A stretch of 64,000 nt of DNA. Source: the human T2T-CHM13v2.0 reference genome, Homo sapiens. Both the position numbers and the translations under genes were made by a program. The notes under the pieces were generated by a model. It saw only the letters and a program-made list of their open reading frames with translations, did not search any database and was not told where the DNA came from. The stretch lies in the NCBI RefSeq assembly GCF_009914755.1, contig NC_060941.1, one strand, 5' to 3'. This document shows, piece by piece, positions 1-14,213 of the stretch; position 1 is the stretch's first letter; every line of letters starts with the position of its first letter.

Positions 1-1284
1 CCGTTCCTCTTCCTGCAGCCGTGCTGGCAGCCAGCGGGGTGAGTGTGTGGTCTCCTCCAGCTCTCCTGGGAGCATGGCCCTATTCTTAGCACTGAGTTTG
101 CTTGCTAGGAAAGAACGCTGGGGAAGAAAGTGCCAGCTTTGGACGCCAGCCCCACTTTGGGTCTGCAGTGTTGAGGATACGCTGCTCCCTCAGTTTCCCT
201 TTCGGAGGCTCCCCCCCAACAACTGCACGCCTTGTACCGCACCCCCACCCCCGCACCCATGCTTTGTGGTAGCTTCGGCTAAAGAGCACCCAGACTGTGC
301 CTCCATCTGCCTTTGGACTCCCTTTTCCTCTGAGCCAGGGACCCTGAGGGGGCCTGGCAGTTCTCAGCTGTAGCCCTGAACCCTCGAGGGCACAGGGTAC
401 ATGCTGGGGATGCTCAAGGGCATCGCCTTTTCAGGAGATGGGAGCTGAGGGCAGGGCCATCCCAGTGACTGCGTAAAGCAACTCTGGGCTGCTTCTGTTG
501 GGTACAGGGAGGTCAGTCCATCCTGGGCAGGAAGAAAATGCTGCAGGACGGTGTAATTCTTTCCTCATTAGTGATCCTAACCCCTGCTTCCTAAAGCAGC
601 TCATTAGATGTCCAGTTCAACCTCTGAGTTTCTTCTTTCTGCCCCCATCTGGTCTGTCAGGGACCAGACAGTGGCCTGTTGTGGTAATGGGCCATGGCAG
701 GGTTGGGGGCTGCCCATGATACTTGGGAAACGGGCACTGGTCAGGTTTGGAGGATTTCAGGGCCCTGGGGAGACAGAACGTCCCAGGCTGCCCCAGCTGT
801 GTGTTCCCCTTGAGAGGCACCCAGTGAAGTTGTGGATCCTGCCTGCACTTCAGCCCCTGGAGTCAAAGATCTCTGACTACTTTGCAAGGATTCTTTTTAA
901 TTAGGTCCCTCCCACACAAGAGAAAGAGAGAGAGAATAGTGTGTTCCACAATTTGAGCACTACCTGGAGAGATTATTTCTAGCCACAGACCAAAGGCACA
1001 GAGAGAAATAAAACCAGGGAATTTTTAGCTTAGAAGAGACCGTGGAGATTTGCCTGAGCACGTGTCCCACATGTGGAGGCGGACACCAGAGCGATGTGGT
1101 GGCTCGTGGAAGGCTACCCAGCAAATGCCTGCTGGAGCTCCTGCCCAGGGATATTTTTCATTGCCAGAATTCAGCATTTGAATTCCTAGCCGAGGGTTTC
1201 TTCTATTAAGTGAAGGTTTATTTTTCTCCTCCCTCATCCCATCTCCCCATCCTCCTCTTTGATATTTTAGCAAAGAGTGCCTGA

Positions 1285-1758
<474 letters not shown>

Positions 1759-1764
1759 GGCTTT

Positions 1765-1950
1765 TTACAAACTTGTAGTAAGATGCACATAACATAAAAT
1801 GTGCTGCTGTAACCACTTTGAAGTGCACAGTTCAGTGGCAAAGCACACTCGCATTGTGGTGCAACCATCGCCACCATCCATCTCCAGATTTCTTCTTGCA
1901 AAACTGAAACTCCATACCCATTAAACAATAATTTCCTATTCCTTCCTGCC
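1765..1950 (-). mobile_element. L1M-type 3' end fragment
   Basis: aacataaaat...aagtgcacagttcagtggca...gcaaccatcgccacc...aaactccatacccattaaacaata resembles L1MB/MC 3' ends. Confidence 0.7.
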
Positions 1951-3814
1951 CCGAGAGGGTAGCTTTTCCGGGTGGATTAATTTGGGCACAGTGCAGGGGC
2001 CAACTCTAACCAGGTGACCTGCGGAAATGCTCCATTCCCCTGGACCACCCTACCCCTACCCCTTTCCTCTTGGGATTTAGACTCCTATTCATCTGGCCTG
2101 GGGACACTCAGAAATATATTCTAACCAGCCAGTTTGGCAATTCCACACAAACTTCCCCGTCCTTCCCAAGCACTGGCTGTTGGCAGTGGGCAGATGGAGG
2201 GGTATGCAGCAGATGCATTTCAAGTTCCTTCTGCCCCTGAGGTCCTCCCCCCACCACCCTCCTATCTGTGGGGGCTGCTGAACCGTCCTCTTGACCCAGC
2301 CCTTGACTGAGAGTACAAGAGAAATGAGGACTTGGCCTTGGAGGTGCAGAAAGGTCTGGACGGGAGTGTTTTGAGTTTTCAGCAGGATTGGTGGAAATGC
2401 ACAGCCGAGCCTCCCGGGCACCTTTGGTTGAAGGTTGTCGGGGGACGGCATTTTCAATTCATGTCACTGCTCCAGCCAATCACTTAGCGTAAAATTGCCC
2501 ATGAAAGTAAACTTAAATTACAAGTGATAAAACTACAGCCTCCTCTCCCAGCAGCTGACCTCTCTGCTCTCCAGGGGGTGAGGCTCAGATTTCTTCTGAT
2601 AAGAGCAATGAGGCCGCTGCAGACACCTCCAGGGACGTCCTGCCCTTCCATTGAAAATCCTTGTTTTCCAGGGCTGGGGACATGTGGGCTTCTCCTTAAC
2701 TCCTCCTGGGAAGGGGATGCTGCTGTCTCCGGGCCGATTTGTCTCCCTCCTCTCCCGTGATGTCCTTTGAGCACGTGGAAGGCCACTGGGCTCAGGTCCA
2801 GACCCAAAGGCCAGTGAGTGACCAAGGCACCTTCACCCCTGGGCCCCTCACTCACCCATACTCTCTCTCCAGAGAGGCTTTTCTTGGCCAACTATTAAAC
2901 ATTGAAACCAGTTCTTCTCATCTACCACTTTGTGTATAGCTTCATAAATACAGCAGATGTTTAGTGGGTCAGGTCCTGTCCCTGGTCCTGAATGTTAAAG
3001 ATGACCTGACCCTGCCCTCCTCAAAGGGGCCTCCAGGTGGGAAGAGGTGACTTGGGACATTGACCAGGTGTGTCCCAGGTATGGAGGGAGCATAGCGGGA
3101 GGGGTGTCTCAGGTAAGGCTTCCTGGAGGAGGAGGCAATATTTGAGTTAAGCACGTGGAGGTGAGAAGAGTCTTCTAGACCCAGGGAACAGTTTCTGTGA
3201 AAACAGGGCACCGTCGCAGGAGAACCTTGGTAGGATCAGAGGGGAGGGTTTGGCCGGGACCACCTTGAAATTTCTGCGGCACCTGGCCTCACGTGTGACA
3301 GGTACAGGAAGTGTCCGGTCTCACTTATCTTAGTCGCACACTGGTGACAGCTGCTGTCTTATTGTAGATTCCTTCTCCCCCATCCGTTAATATTCCTCCC
3401 TTTCTTCTGGTTTAGTCAAGACTTTGACTTCACACTGAGCAGGGTGTGCATGGGGGAAGCGATTGCTCAGCAGGGGGCCCCTTTTCCTGCCCGGCTCTGG
3501 ATCTGGGTGCCAAGGTTTAGGGCTGATACTTCATGGGGTGAGGCCTGACTGCCCAAGCGGGTCCTGCATCAGGTGGGGCTCAGCGGGGGTCCACCTTCCA
3601 CCCACTTCCCTGCTCCCTCCATGCACACCCAGTGGGCCTGTGCTGGAGAGGCTGCTGCAGATCCTGGGGGGCGCAGGGTGTGGTGCAGGGGCTGCAGCTG
3701 TTGCTTCCACAGGGGTTAGGTGGGGAAGCATCCTCGAAGTCCTGGCTCAGAGGCAGTGGGAAGCCTCGGAAAGGGTCAGAACCCCTGGGAGATGTGATCA
3801 AGTTTCCATTGTAT

Positions 3815-3990
3815 AAAGACTCTGATCCCAGCTCTGCTCCTTCCTGGCTGTGTAACCTTGGGTAAGTTACTCAGCCTCTCTGTTTCCTAATCTGTAAAGA
3901 TGGGAACAGGATGAGAATGGGTCTGATCTGGTAGGGTAGTTGCTAAGATGAAAGGAGCTGATGAATCAGTAAGTTGAAAGCACATGGAAT
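3815..3990. mobile_element. MIR fragment
   Basis: MIR core gctgtgtaaccttgggtaagttactcagcctctctgtttcc..atctgtaaa. Confidence 0.75.
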
Positions 3991-6900
3991 GATGCTTGTG
4001 TCCAAAACGTTAGCCTTGAAGATGGCGAGGATGATGGACTCACCTTAGAACCGCAGCGTGGTGGTCTCCCAGGAGAGGGCTGTGACGTGCTACAACCCCT
4101 CTGTCCTCTCAGTGGCCCTGGTGTCTGGGACTAGGGTCAGAGGTGTGCTCAGTGATGGGGCAGCAAAAGGAAGCTCCCAGGACAGAGAGATAACATGTTG
4201 CCTGGAAACCAACCAGAGATCTGTAGGGAAGCCAGTCATGTTCCTGGTGCAGGTAGCAGCTCCTAGACCCACCTACGGTTTGTATTTTCAGGATTGTCTT
4301 AATTTTACTAGACCCAGATTCCATGTGGGAGGAGCAGCCACCCCCTTCCTGGTTTCTGCAAGGAAGGATACAGAGGGAGTGTCTTTGTGTCCTTTTGTGT
4401 GTGGTTCTCAGTTGGGTTGGGGAGGTGAGGAAGAGGGGACTTCTGGAGCCCCAGGGCAAACAAATGAAGCTTCTTTCTGGGCCATCAGTTTTACTGGAGG
4501 AGTTTTGGGAGTGAGAAAGTCCATGCTTCACAGGAAACAACAGGGATGTCTTGCAGAGTGAATGCAGAATTTGTTCAACACTTAAACCTACCACCAAATA
4601 TTTCATGAAGTCTCCAGGTTGTGGGAGTTGTTCCCTGTGATGGCTCCAGACCCCTGGGGTCTGTGCTTCTTCTCCTTTGTTTTCTGGGTATTTCAGCCAA
4701 AAAGCTGAAGAGGCAGGCACTGCCTTAGAAGCCCTGGATCAGAGAATCCCGTGTGGCAGGTGGTCTGTGTTGGAAGGAGGGGAAGACAGGAAGGTTGGAG
4801 GGATGGAGGAGCCCTTGGCCATTTTTAAGTTTATAGACAAGAAATGAGGAGGAAATGGTGATTAGGTTTTCACATTCCCCTCTCACACTTAGCAGCAAAG
4901 GTTCTGACATGGCGGGGAAGCCAGTGTGGGGACAGCTCAGGAGGCTGGTGGGGGTACTAGCTGGAGGTGGGGGGCAAGGCCCAGAGAAAGCGCCTCCCCT
5001 CTTGCTGCCCTTCTCTGCAGGGCGAGGCTGACCTCTGATGGCTTAGTCCCTGTGCTGGCAGCTTCTCTCCACCTCTTTCCATCACAGCGCTGTCGGCAGG
5101 TGACCAGAAACATCATCGACACGGCACCACTTTGGACGGTGTGCTAACGGGATGGTGCGCACAGTCCCCTCCCCGAGCTTCTGAGCATGCGCAAAGCGAG
5201 CATGCACCTTTCAGGCCGGTACTTTTCCACCTGGCCTGAATGGTTTCAAGGAGCCCAGACACAGCCCAGGAAACTGACCAATCCTGGCCACTTGCCGTTA
5301 ATGAGGAGGTGACCTTGTCAAAGCTCATCACCTCCCCAGCCTGACTCTGCTTATGATGTGGGTCCCTGAAGGGCCTCCCTAGTAGGAGGTGTCCTGGGCC
5401 TCCTGCAGAGCTGGCTGGCACCTGAACCCTGAATCCTGGGGAGGTGGGCATCCCCGGGAGATGGGACCCGATGGCCTGGCTGCTTCCCAGTCTGGGTTGG
5501 GAGCAAAGGATGGTCACATCCAGCCCCATGAGGTGATGCACCCACCAAGAGCTGTTGAGAGAGGAAGATGAAGACAGGGCACGTGGCCTTCTCTGCTTGG
5601 GCATCCCCCCTGCCCATCCCTCCACCAATGGGCCTCTCCTCAGGACGCCTCCACCGTGCCTCAGCACACGCTGATCAGATCTCTGCTCCAGCACCCCCAG
5701 GTGTACACACCTCACACGGCTTGTGCTCCTGGGGCTGGGGACACATCCCACGTGTCTCTGAGTTCGTGATGTGGGCAAAAGGCCTGGAACCCGACGTGCA
5801 CTCAAGAAACATTTGTTAAAGAGAATTATCCTGAGGACCCAGTGGGGAGGGGGTGTTTGGGGAAGCGGGTGCCTGACCGGGTTCTGCATGCATTCTGAGC
5901 TCCCGGGCGTCCTCCTCTGGTGGAGTGGGGATGGGAACGTGGAAGGGCCGTCTCTGCGGAGGACGGTACATCCCACCTGACTCAGGGGCTCGGCATAGAC
6001 TTAACTGAATGAATAAGTGACCGGATGCCTCGTCATCCCCTGCAGGGGAGAAACCGAGGCTGTGGAGTTGGAATAAGCAGGGGCTTCTGGCGGGAGGAGC
6101 TGGTTTGTACGGATGCTGGCAGGGGGGGTTGTGGGCAGAGGAATTTAAATTGGCAGCTGTGGCTGCTGGGACAGGGGGCTTTGAACCCTTCTCCAGGGAG
6201 GTGGACTGAGCAGATGTGGGGATTCTAGAGGAAGCCATGGGGTGTGGTCATGTCCTTCCATGTCCTCCTGTCCATACCCCTGGAGCTGGGGGCCTGGGGG
6301 GTCCAGCAGGAGGAGATGACCCAGCAGCTCCAGCCGGATGGGATGCCAGATGGCAGAGGGGCACCACCCCTCCTCTGGCCAAGCTGCGTCTTCCAGGTCA
6401 CCAGAGGCAACCTTGTCCCAGATGAAAACCTGTGTGTAAATAACCCGGCAGGTGAAGGCAGGCAGGTCCTGTGCGGTGCCCGGGGTGGGAAGCAGGTAAC
6501 CAGTGGCCTGCAGCAGCTCGCAGCCTCAGCCAGCCCTGGGCGCCAGGAGCTCAGTCAGCACTGCAAGACTGCACTTTTCTGAGGCAGGAGGTTTGGGGCC
6601 CTCATCCAGACAAACACGTAGCTGCGCTGAGGACTGCCGCCAGCATCCATGGGATTTGTGAAAGTTAGAGAAAGGCTCCCTCTCTGGGTAGCCACAGCCC
6701 TGCGGGAGCACATTTGTGTCGATGACAAAAGGTGCCCCTTCTTCCTGGCAGGTAACCCAGGCTGGGTGCACGGGAGCCCACGCTGACCTCAGTCCCACCT
6801 GCCCCTTGCTGGATTGCCTTGTGCAGTGAAAAACCTACGTTACCGTACAGGGCCATCCTGCTCACTTCCTTTCTGAGAGTCTGTGCTAAGCTCTCTGCAC

Positions 6901-6993
6901 TTTTACAGTTCATTCTGGGCTCTAAGGAACTGGGGTGGCCGGTTGGGCAGGTGGGTTTCTTGGGGCCCAGAATCTGAAGGGCTCTTCTCTCAG

Positions 6994-7125
6994 TAACTTA
7001 GGGGTACCGCCAGGCCGGGGAAGCTGCCCGCTCACCATGCCCCTGCCCTTCGACCTCATCTACACCGACTACCACGGCCTGCAGCAGATGAAGCGGCACA
7101 TGGGACTCTCCTTCAAGAAGTACCG
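6994..7125 (+). CDS. MGAT5B: MGAT5B coding exon A (first exon in window): (S)[43 protein letters not shown](R)
   Basis: Acceptor ctcttctctcag|T and donor CG|gtgag; 132 nt, phase 2-2; peptide recognised as MGAT5B (DLIYTDY motif of the GnT-V family). Confidence 0.96.
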
Positions 7126-7252
7126 GTGAGAGGGCGGCCAGAGGGTGGGCACGTGGCCCACATGCCAGGGGAGAAAGCTCCTCCTTCACGCCCTGCCCCC
7201 ACATCCCCACTCAGCCAGCTGGGCCCAGGTGGGAGAACATACTGTCCTGCAT

Positions 7253-8036
7253 CCTGCCCTCCGCCCTCCCCTCCCCTCCCCGTCCCCTCCCTTCCCCTCC
7301 CCTCCTCCCTCCCCCCTCCCCTCCTCCCTCCCCTCCCCTCCCCCTTCCCCTCCCCTTCCCTCCACCCTCCCCTCCCCTCCCTTCCCTCCCCCCTCCCCTC
7401 CCCCTCCCCTCCCCCTTCCCCTCCCCTCCCCTCCCCCTTCCCCTCCCCTCCCCTCCCCTCCCCCTTCCCCTCCCCTCCCCTCCCCTCCCCCCTTCCCCTC
7501 CCCTCCCCTCCACCCTCCCTTCCCCTCCCCTCCCCTCCTCCCTCCCCTCCCCTCCCCTCTTCCCCTCCCCTCCCCTCCACCCTCCCTTCCCCTCCCCTTC
7601 CCTCCCTTCCCCTCCCCTCCCCTTCCCTCCACCCTCCCCTTCCCCCTCCCCTCCCCCTCCCTTCCCCTCCCCCCTTCCCCTCCCCCTTCCCCCTCCCCTC
7701 CCATTCCATCCCCCTTCCCCTTCCTACCCCTCCCCTCCCCCCTCCCCTCCCCTCTTCGCCTCCCCTCCCCTCTGCCCTCCCTTCCCCGCCCCTCCCCTCC
7801 CTTCCCCTCCCTTCCCCTCCCCTCACCTCCCCTTCCCTCCCCCTCCCTTCCCCTCCCTCCCCCCCTCCTCCCCCTCCCTTCCCCTCCGCTTGCCCCTTCC
7901 CTCCCCTCTCCTCTCCCCTCCCCACCCCTCCCCTTCCCTCCCCACCTCCCCCCTCCCCTCCCTTCCCTCTCCTGTCCCCACTCCTCCTCTCCCCTCCCCC
8001 TCCCCTCCCCTCCCCACCCCTCCCCTCCCCTCCCCT
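7253..8036. repeat. ~780-bp polypyrimidine/polypurine (CCCCT/CCCTT)n low-complexity tract
   Basis: Almost exclusively C and T on the + strand; source of the Pro/Ser-rich and Gly/Glu/Arg-rich artefact ORFs. Confidence 0.97.
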
Positions 8037-9378
8037 GCCACTTCCGTGTCTGCCTCCCGGCTAACTCAATGATAATTAATAAACCACCCAGGGAGTTGCT
8101 CCATCACCCCTCTGCTGCTTTGAGGCTGGGGGCAGGAGGCCGGGGTCATCTACATGGAGCGGGGCTGAGGAATTGGAGAGAGGGGTATGAGGGAACAGGA
8201 CATTAACCAGGGCTGTGACCCTGCTGTGGGGACCTTGGGGTGGGGAGAGTTGCTCAGCACACCCCTCTCTTCCTCCACCCCACCCTCTCTCCGTCTGGAG
8301 GAAGGCCAAGGCCATCGCTCCCTGTCTCACTGCAGCCAGTGGGATGTGGGGCTTAATTTAGCACAGAGAGCCCTGCTATTTATTACGTGTGCTCCAGTCC
8401 CATTGACGATCCCACATGATTTTATTAGGGAAAAAAGTGACAGGCAGTGTTATTGCTTTTATTATTAATGCGAGTTCTCTATGCACTCGGCTCTCTCCTC
8501 CCACCCCGGGCCTCTTCCCTGGGGGAAAAGTGCCAACCTCAGCACTCTGCAGACAATTCTGGGTCACCAGGAAGGACGCTGGGGTGAGGAGCTCCTTGCA
8601 GGGCCTCTGAGTCTTGGCACTTTTTTTCAGGTGCCCCTTCCAGGGAGTAGGGAGGGCAGAGGGGGTGGCTCTGGGGCTGTGGCCCATTGAGAATGGCCTC
8701 GGAGTTCGTCTGGCCCTGTGGTTGGCTTATCTATAGGGACAAGACCCCTCTGGGTTTTGAACTTGGGCCTCCACCCTTGGAGACAGCAGAGGGAGAAGGG
8801 CCCTGTGGAGCAGAGCCTCTGCCCAGCTGCAGGGTCCAGCCCTGCTGGGACCAGCCTTGCAGAGGAGGCTCAGAAGCGCTGCCCTCCCAAAGACAGCCCA
8901 TGGGCAGTGCCTGGGACCCTGCCTTTTGCATCCTGGCCCTATAGACTGGGCACATCCAGGGGTGTCAGGCTCCTGAGCAGAGGGGCTATGACTCCCTACC
9001 CAGGCAGATGCAAATTGTATAGAGGACCCAGGGGACACCAGAGAGGGACCCCCTCTCCAAGCAGTGCCTCCCTTCTGGGTGGCAGTAATGGCTACAATTC
9101 CTGAGTGCTAACCAAGGACCATGGGCCAGGAGCTTCCCTACAACCCTGAGACAATTGGGCTGTTGTTTTTCCCACTGGACAGATGAGGCAGCACAGAGAG
9201 GTGAAGGCACTCACCTGTGGTCACACAGCAGGGCAGTGTCCTAGTCCAAGTGCTAACACACACTGTGCTACTCTGACCCCACCACTGGCTGGTGACAGTG
9301 CTCGTGGCTGGGGCAACTTCAGCCCAGGGACACACAGGGAGGTTGCTGACCTTGGTTCCTGGTCCCCTGGGGGGGCAG

Positions 9379-9512
9379 GTGCCGAATCAGGGTCATCGAC
9401 ACCTTTGGGACGGAACCTGCGTACAACCACGAGGAGTACGCCACGCTGCACGGCTACCGGACCAACTGGGGCTACTGGAACCTCAACCCCAAGCAGTTCA
9501 TGACCATGTTTC
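9379..9512 (+). CDS. MGAT5B: MGAT5B coding exon B: (R)CRIRVIDTFGTEPAYNHEEYATLHGYRTNWGYWNLNPKQFMTMF(P)
   Basis: gggcag|G acceptor and C|gtgagt donor; 134 nt; joins exon A in frame (CG|G); DTFGTEP and WNLNPKQF are GnT-V family motifs; missed by the ORF track. Confidence 0.95.
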
Positions 9513-10020
9513 GTGAGTGCCCCACAGGGCAGGGGTGGGGTCGGAGGTCCTCCTCATGGTTCTCAGAGGTGACACGAGAGGCGGCCAGGGTCTCGCTCCT
9601 CCCTCTCTTTCCTTCTCCAGCCAGTGGGGTTGGTGGGACCCAGCAAGCATCGCCTTCTCCTGCTCCATAAGTGTGTGAACCAGGAAGGAAGCCTCTGGTG
9701 CTATTTGGGGAGCAGGAAGCATGGAGGGGGTGTCCAGGGCGGGGTGACCTCCCCGACTCCAGCAGATGTAGCCTTCACCCTCCAGGAGGGAGGTTGGGCA
9801 CACAGTTCCAGAACACGGGGGACTCCGCGGCCTTCCAGAAAGAGAGGCTTTCCAGAGTAAGCTGGAGAACTTCCCTGGGTAGAAAGGAGCAGGCAGGCAG
9901 TGGGAACAGATGCAGTAAAGAGGGATGTGGGAAGAACTGGAAGGTTCTGGAAATGCAGGAGTGGGCTTGGCTTCCAGGGCTCCAGGCAAGGAACGTGAGT
10001 GGAGCTGGGCTTCAGCTATT

Positions 10021-10320
10021 TGTTTGTTTGTTTTTTGAGACAGGATCTCGCTCTATTGGTCAGGTTGCAGTGCAGTGGTGTGATCTCCTCGGCTCACTGC
10101 AGCCTCGACCTCCTGGGCTCAAGTGATCCTCCTGCCTCAGCCTCCCGAGTAGCTGGCTTTACAGGCATCTGCCCCCATGCCCGGCTAATTTTTATATTTT
10201 TTGTAGAGAAAGGGTTTCACCAGGTTGCCCAGGCTGGTCTTGAATTCCTGGGCTCAAGCGATCCACCCACGTAGGCCTCCCAAAGTGCTGGGATTACAGG
10301 TGCAAGCCACCGTGCCCGGG
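10021..10320 (-). mobile_element. Alu (AluJ-like)
   Basis: Antisense Alu dimer with a (TTTG)n tail. Confidence 0.9.
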
Positions 10321-11206
10321 TTTCAGCTGTTTTTAATGATACTCTAAAATGTATACACACACTGACCTATCCTGTTAAACGCAGCTCACTGAAAACAATT
10401 TCACCTTTTCTTGACAGCTCAGGGTCAGTTCTCTGCCTCCCGGGCGCATGGGCCTGCCCTTCTGGACGGCAGAGGTGTGCGGAGCTGCGTCCCCTCCTCG
10501 TGTCTGGTTCACGCTGCGCTCTTCCACCTTGTTGGGAGGCTCTCAGCTGTCACTTTTAATTGTTGTCAGTACATCTGCCTCCAGCAGCATCTTGCGTGTG
10601 GCTCTTTCAAGGCTCCAGGCCAGAAAGCTAGATAAGTAGCCTTGTTAGGATTGCATCTGTTAAAGTAAGAGCAACGTAGACTCTGAGCGGAGTCCTGACG
10701 GACTTGCTTGTGAGTAAAGTATGTGATTTGTATTTGGCCTGTCAAATTCATGGCATCTCTTGTGGGTGCTTGGACTATTCTTTTTTTTCTGATTCTCTAG
10801 ACTCTAGGCTATATTAGGGGCAGATGTGATTTTTGAATAAATAAGTAATGGCATCATTGAATCCCAGAAGGTTGGGAAAGTGGGAAGGTTCCTGGGGCTC
10901 ATGCAGTCCAGATGAGAAAACTGAGGCCCAGAGAGGTAGAGCATGCAGCCTGAGGTCACACAGCTCAGTCGGGACCAGACTCCTTCTGCAGGGCCCGTTT
11001 CAAGGTTGCATGAGACTTCTTACTGTCCTCCCAGCAGAAGAGTGCTTGGGGTAGAGCAAGCACAGGGAGCAGATTTCTGGAGGGAAAGGAAATGGGGAGT
11101 GGAAATAGAGGCAGGGAGGAAATGATGGTGCTCCGGGCTGTGGAAGAGGAAAAGCTACGAAGTTGAGAAGCTTGGGTATTTAGATCACTTAGAAGGGAAG
11201 CAGTCA

Positions 11207-11592
<386 letters not shown>

Positions 11593-11658
11593 TTAGCCAA
11601 GGTTCCTGAATTCACGTCGGAGGACCACTGAAGGTTCTTCAGCTAGAGAATGTCATGA

Positions 11659-11964
<306 letters not shown>

Positions 11965-13879
11965 TGAGGTGTATTATCCTGTCGGACTGCAGGTGGCCAA
12001 AGATAATGAAGCAGGGAGGAGGGGGAAGCAGAGGTGGGTTAAGAGGCTTCTGCAATATCCTGCACTGAGAAAATGAGGACTTGTCCCAGGGTGGAGCCCG
12101 CTGGATGTGGATTTCCAGACCTGGCAAACTCCTACTCATCCTTCAAAACCTGAAGTGAAATGTCTCCTCTTTTTACCATCACTTTCACTGATCCCCTCAT
12201 CTCCTACTCCTGGCAGAATGTGTTGCCTCTTTACCTCTATTTTTATAATTCTTAAACTTAACTCCGTTAAAGCATATGTTGAAGTATGCTAGTTATTTGC
12301 TTATACATTTCTTTTCCCTGATAGATCATGAGCCACTCAAAAAGGGGCCACTAATTGGTTTATCTCAATCTCTCTGGAGCCAACCTAGGTCCTCAGAGAA
12401 CATTAATTGATTGGATAAATCGAAGAAAGTGGGGACAAAAGGGAAGAGGGAGGCTGGCCAGTTTTAATGGCACAGAGTCCAGGAAGGAAGTCATGAGCAG
12501 GCCTGTTCCCATCTAGCTGGCTGATTTCTCCAGGGAGCTAACTGGGGGGCTGCTGCCTCTTCTGGCCTTACCCTCGCTCTGCCCCCAGGAGCTCTTGGCT
12601 TAATGGTCCCTGTTATTTTAATTGGTTGCAATACTTCCCTGTCCCTCTCTGACTGGCTTAGCTAATTGTGTTCTAAATCTGCCTCTTCTGGTGGAGTTGG
12701 TGGAATGAAGGCAGTTTAGTGAAAGATTCTTCAGCTTCAGAGAGTGGTGGGAACAGGGGAGAGGGCTGGGTGGCAGTCTTGGAGAAGCCAGAGGGGAGGG
12801 GAAGATGGTGCCGGACAGGTAAACAGGGTCGGGCAGGGGCTGCTTTGCCTGGCATGGACAGAGCCTCCTGAGATGGGAGAGCTGTCCTGACCCTGACCAC
12901 CCACAGAAAGAACTCCAGGCTTCCAGGGCTCCTCCTGACCCTCCCAAAGCTCTAGAGGAGAGATCGTTTGGTTCTGTAGTTGAATTTTCAGGCCCAAGAA
13001 TCTGTGAGCTTTGGGGGCACTTACACAGGAAAGCATCATCTCTTCTAAGCTGTACCAGATGTTGATTATTACGTCTTGTGGGCCTTGAGGGGTGGGTGGG
13101 AATACTACAGTAGATTTACACATTTGATGAAAGCATGCATCCCAATTGGAGAAACGTTAAAATGTGGGGGATGTGCATTCGAAATGAAGAAATAGGGTAT
13201 TTAGAATCAAGGCTGTTGTGGGAAATCAAGGCTGGGCAGCTGCTCCCAGCCTCCTCACTCACCATAGCCCCTTCCGTGCGGGAAGGTAGATTAAATATCC
13301 TTGGACTCAATAAACGGTTTATTCGGGATCCCAGTGCGCAGAAGGCAGGGCTCGTGTGCCTGCAGATTCGTAGGTCTCATGTTCCTCTTAACCCCTCCGT
13401 GGGGGACAGAGCTTTAGCAGTCACTGCACTCCACACACGGCCATGGAATTGGAGCGTGAGATCAAACATGTTCCCTGGCCTTGGTGTGTAGGAGGGTGTG
13501 TGTCCTTATGGACAAATAAGTCAAATGGCGAGGAAATCCCGGGGCAATCCCTGCTGTAACAGAGACCTAACTGCCGCAGATGGGGCCACAAAGGGAGGCA
13601 CAGTCCACCCCAGAGAAGGCTTCCAGGAGGAGGTGTCGTGTGAGAGGGGCCCCGAAGGCTGAGTAGAATTTCCTCATCCGAGACAAGGGAGGAGGGCAGT
13701 GCAGGCCGAGGGGACAGCAGCAGGGGCAACGCTTGGAGGTGGGAATGGGAGGCTTTTCCCCTGTCTCATCCATCTTTGTCCAGCATTCATAAAGCCAGCC
13801 CAGGCTCTGTTTCAGGTGCTGGTGGCACAGAAGTGAACAAAACAGAACCATTGTCCACAAGGTGCTTTTATTTTAACAA

Positions 13880-14213
<334 letters not shown>

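Noticed and set aside
5119-5145. REST/RE1-like half-sites (ggcacc-N5-ggacggtg; also ~40231 and ~54260)
   Set aside because: Each has multiple core mismatches or the wrong spacing relative to TTCAGCACCnnGGACAGCGCC.
5113-5976. 287-aa minus-strand ORF (also 4109..4720, 30261..30959 and 41231..42046)
   Set aside because: No recognisable domain or exon structure; expected by chance in GC-rich DNA or antisense to coding exons.
7113-8206. Long Pro/Ser-rich and Gly/Glu/Arg-rich ORFs (270-353 aa) on both strands
   Set aside because: A C/T-only repeat cannot contain stop codons; these are low-complexity artefacts inside a MGAT5B intron.
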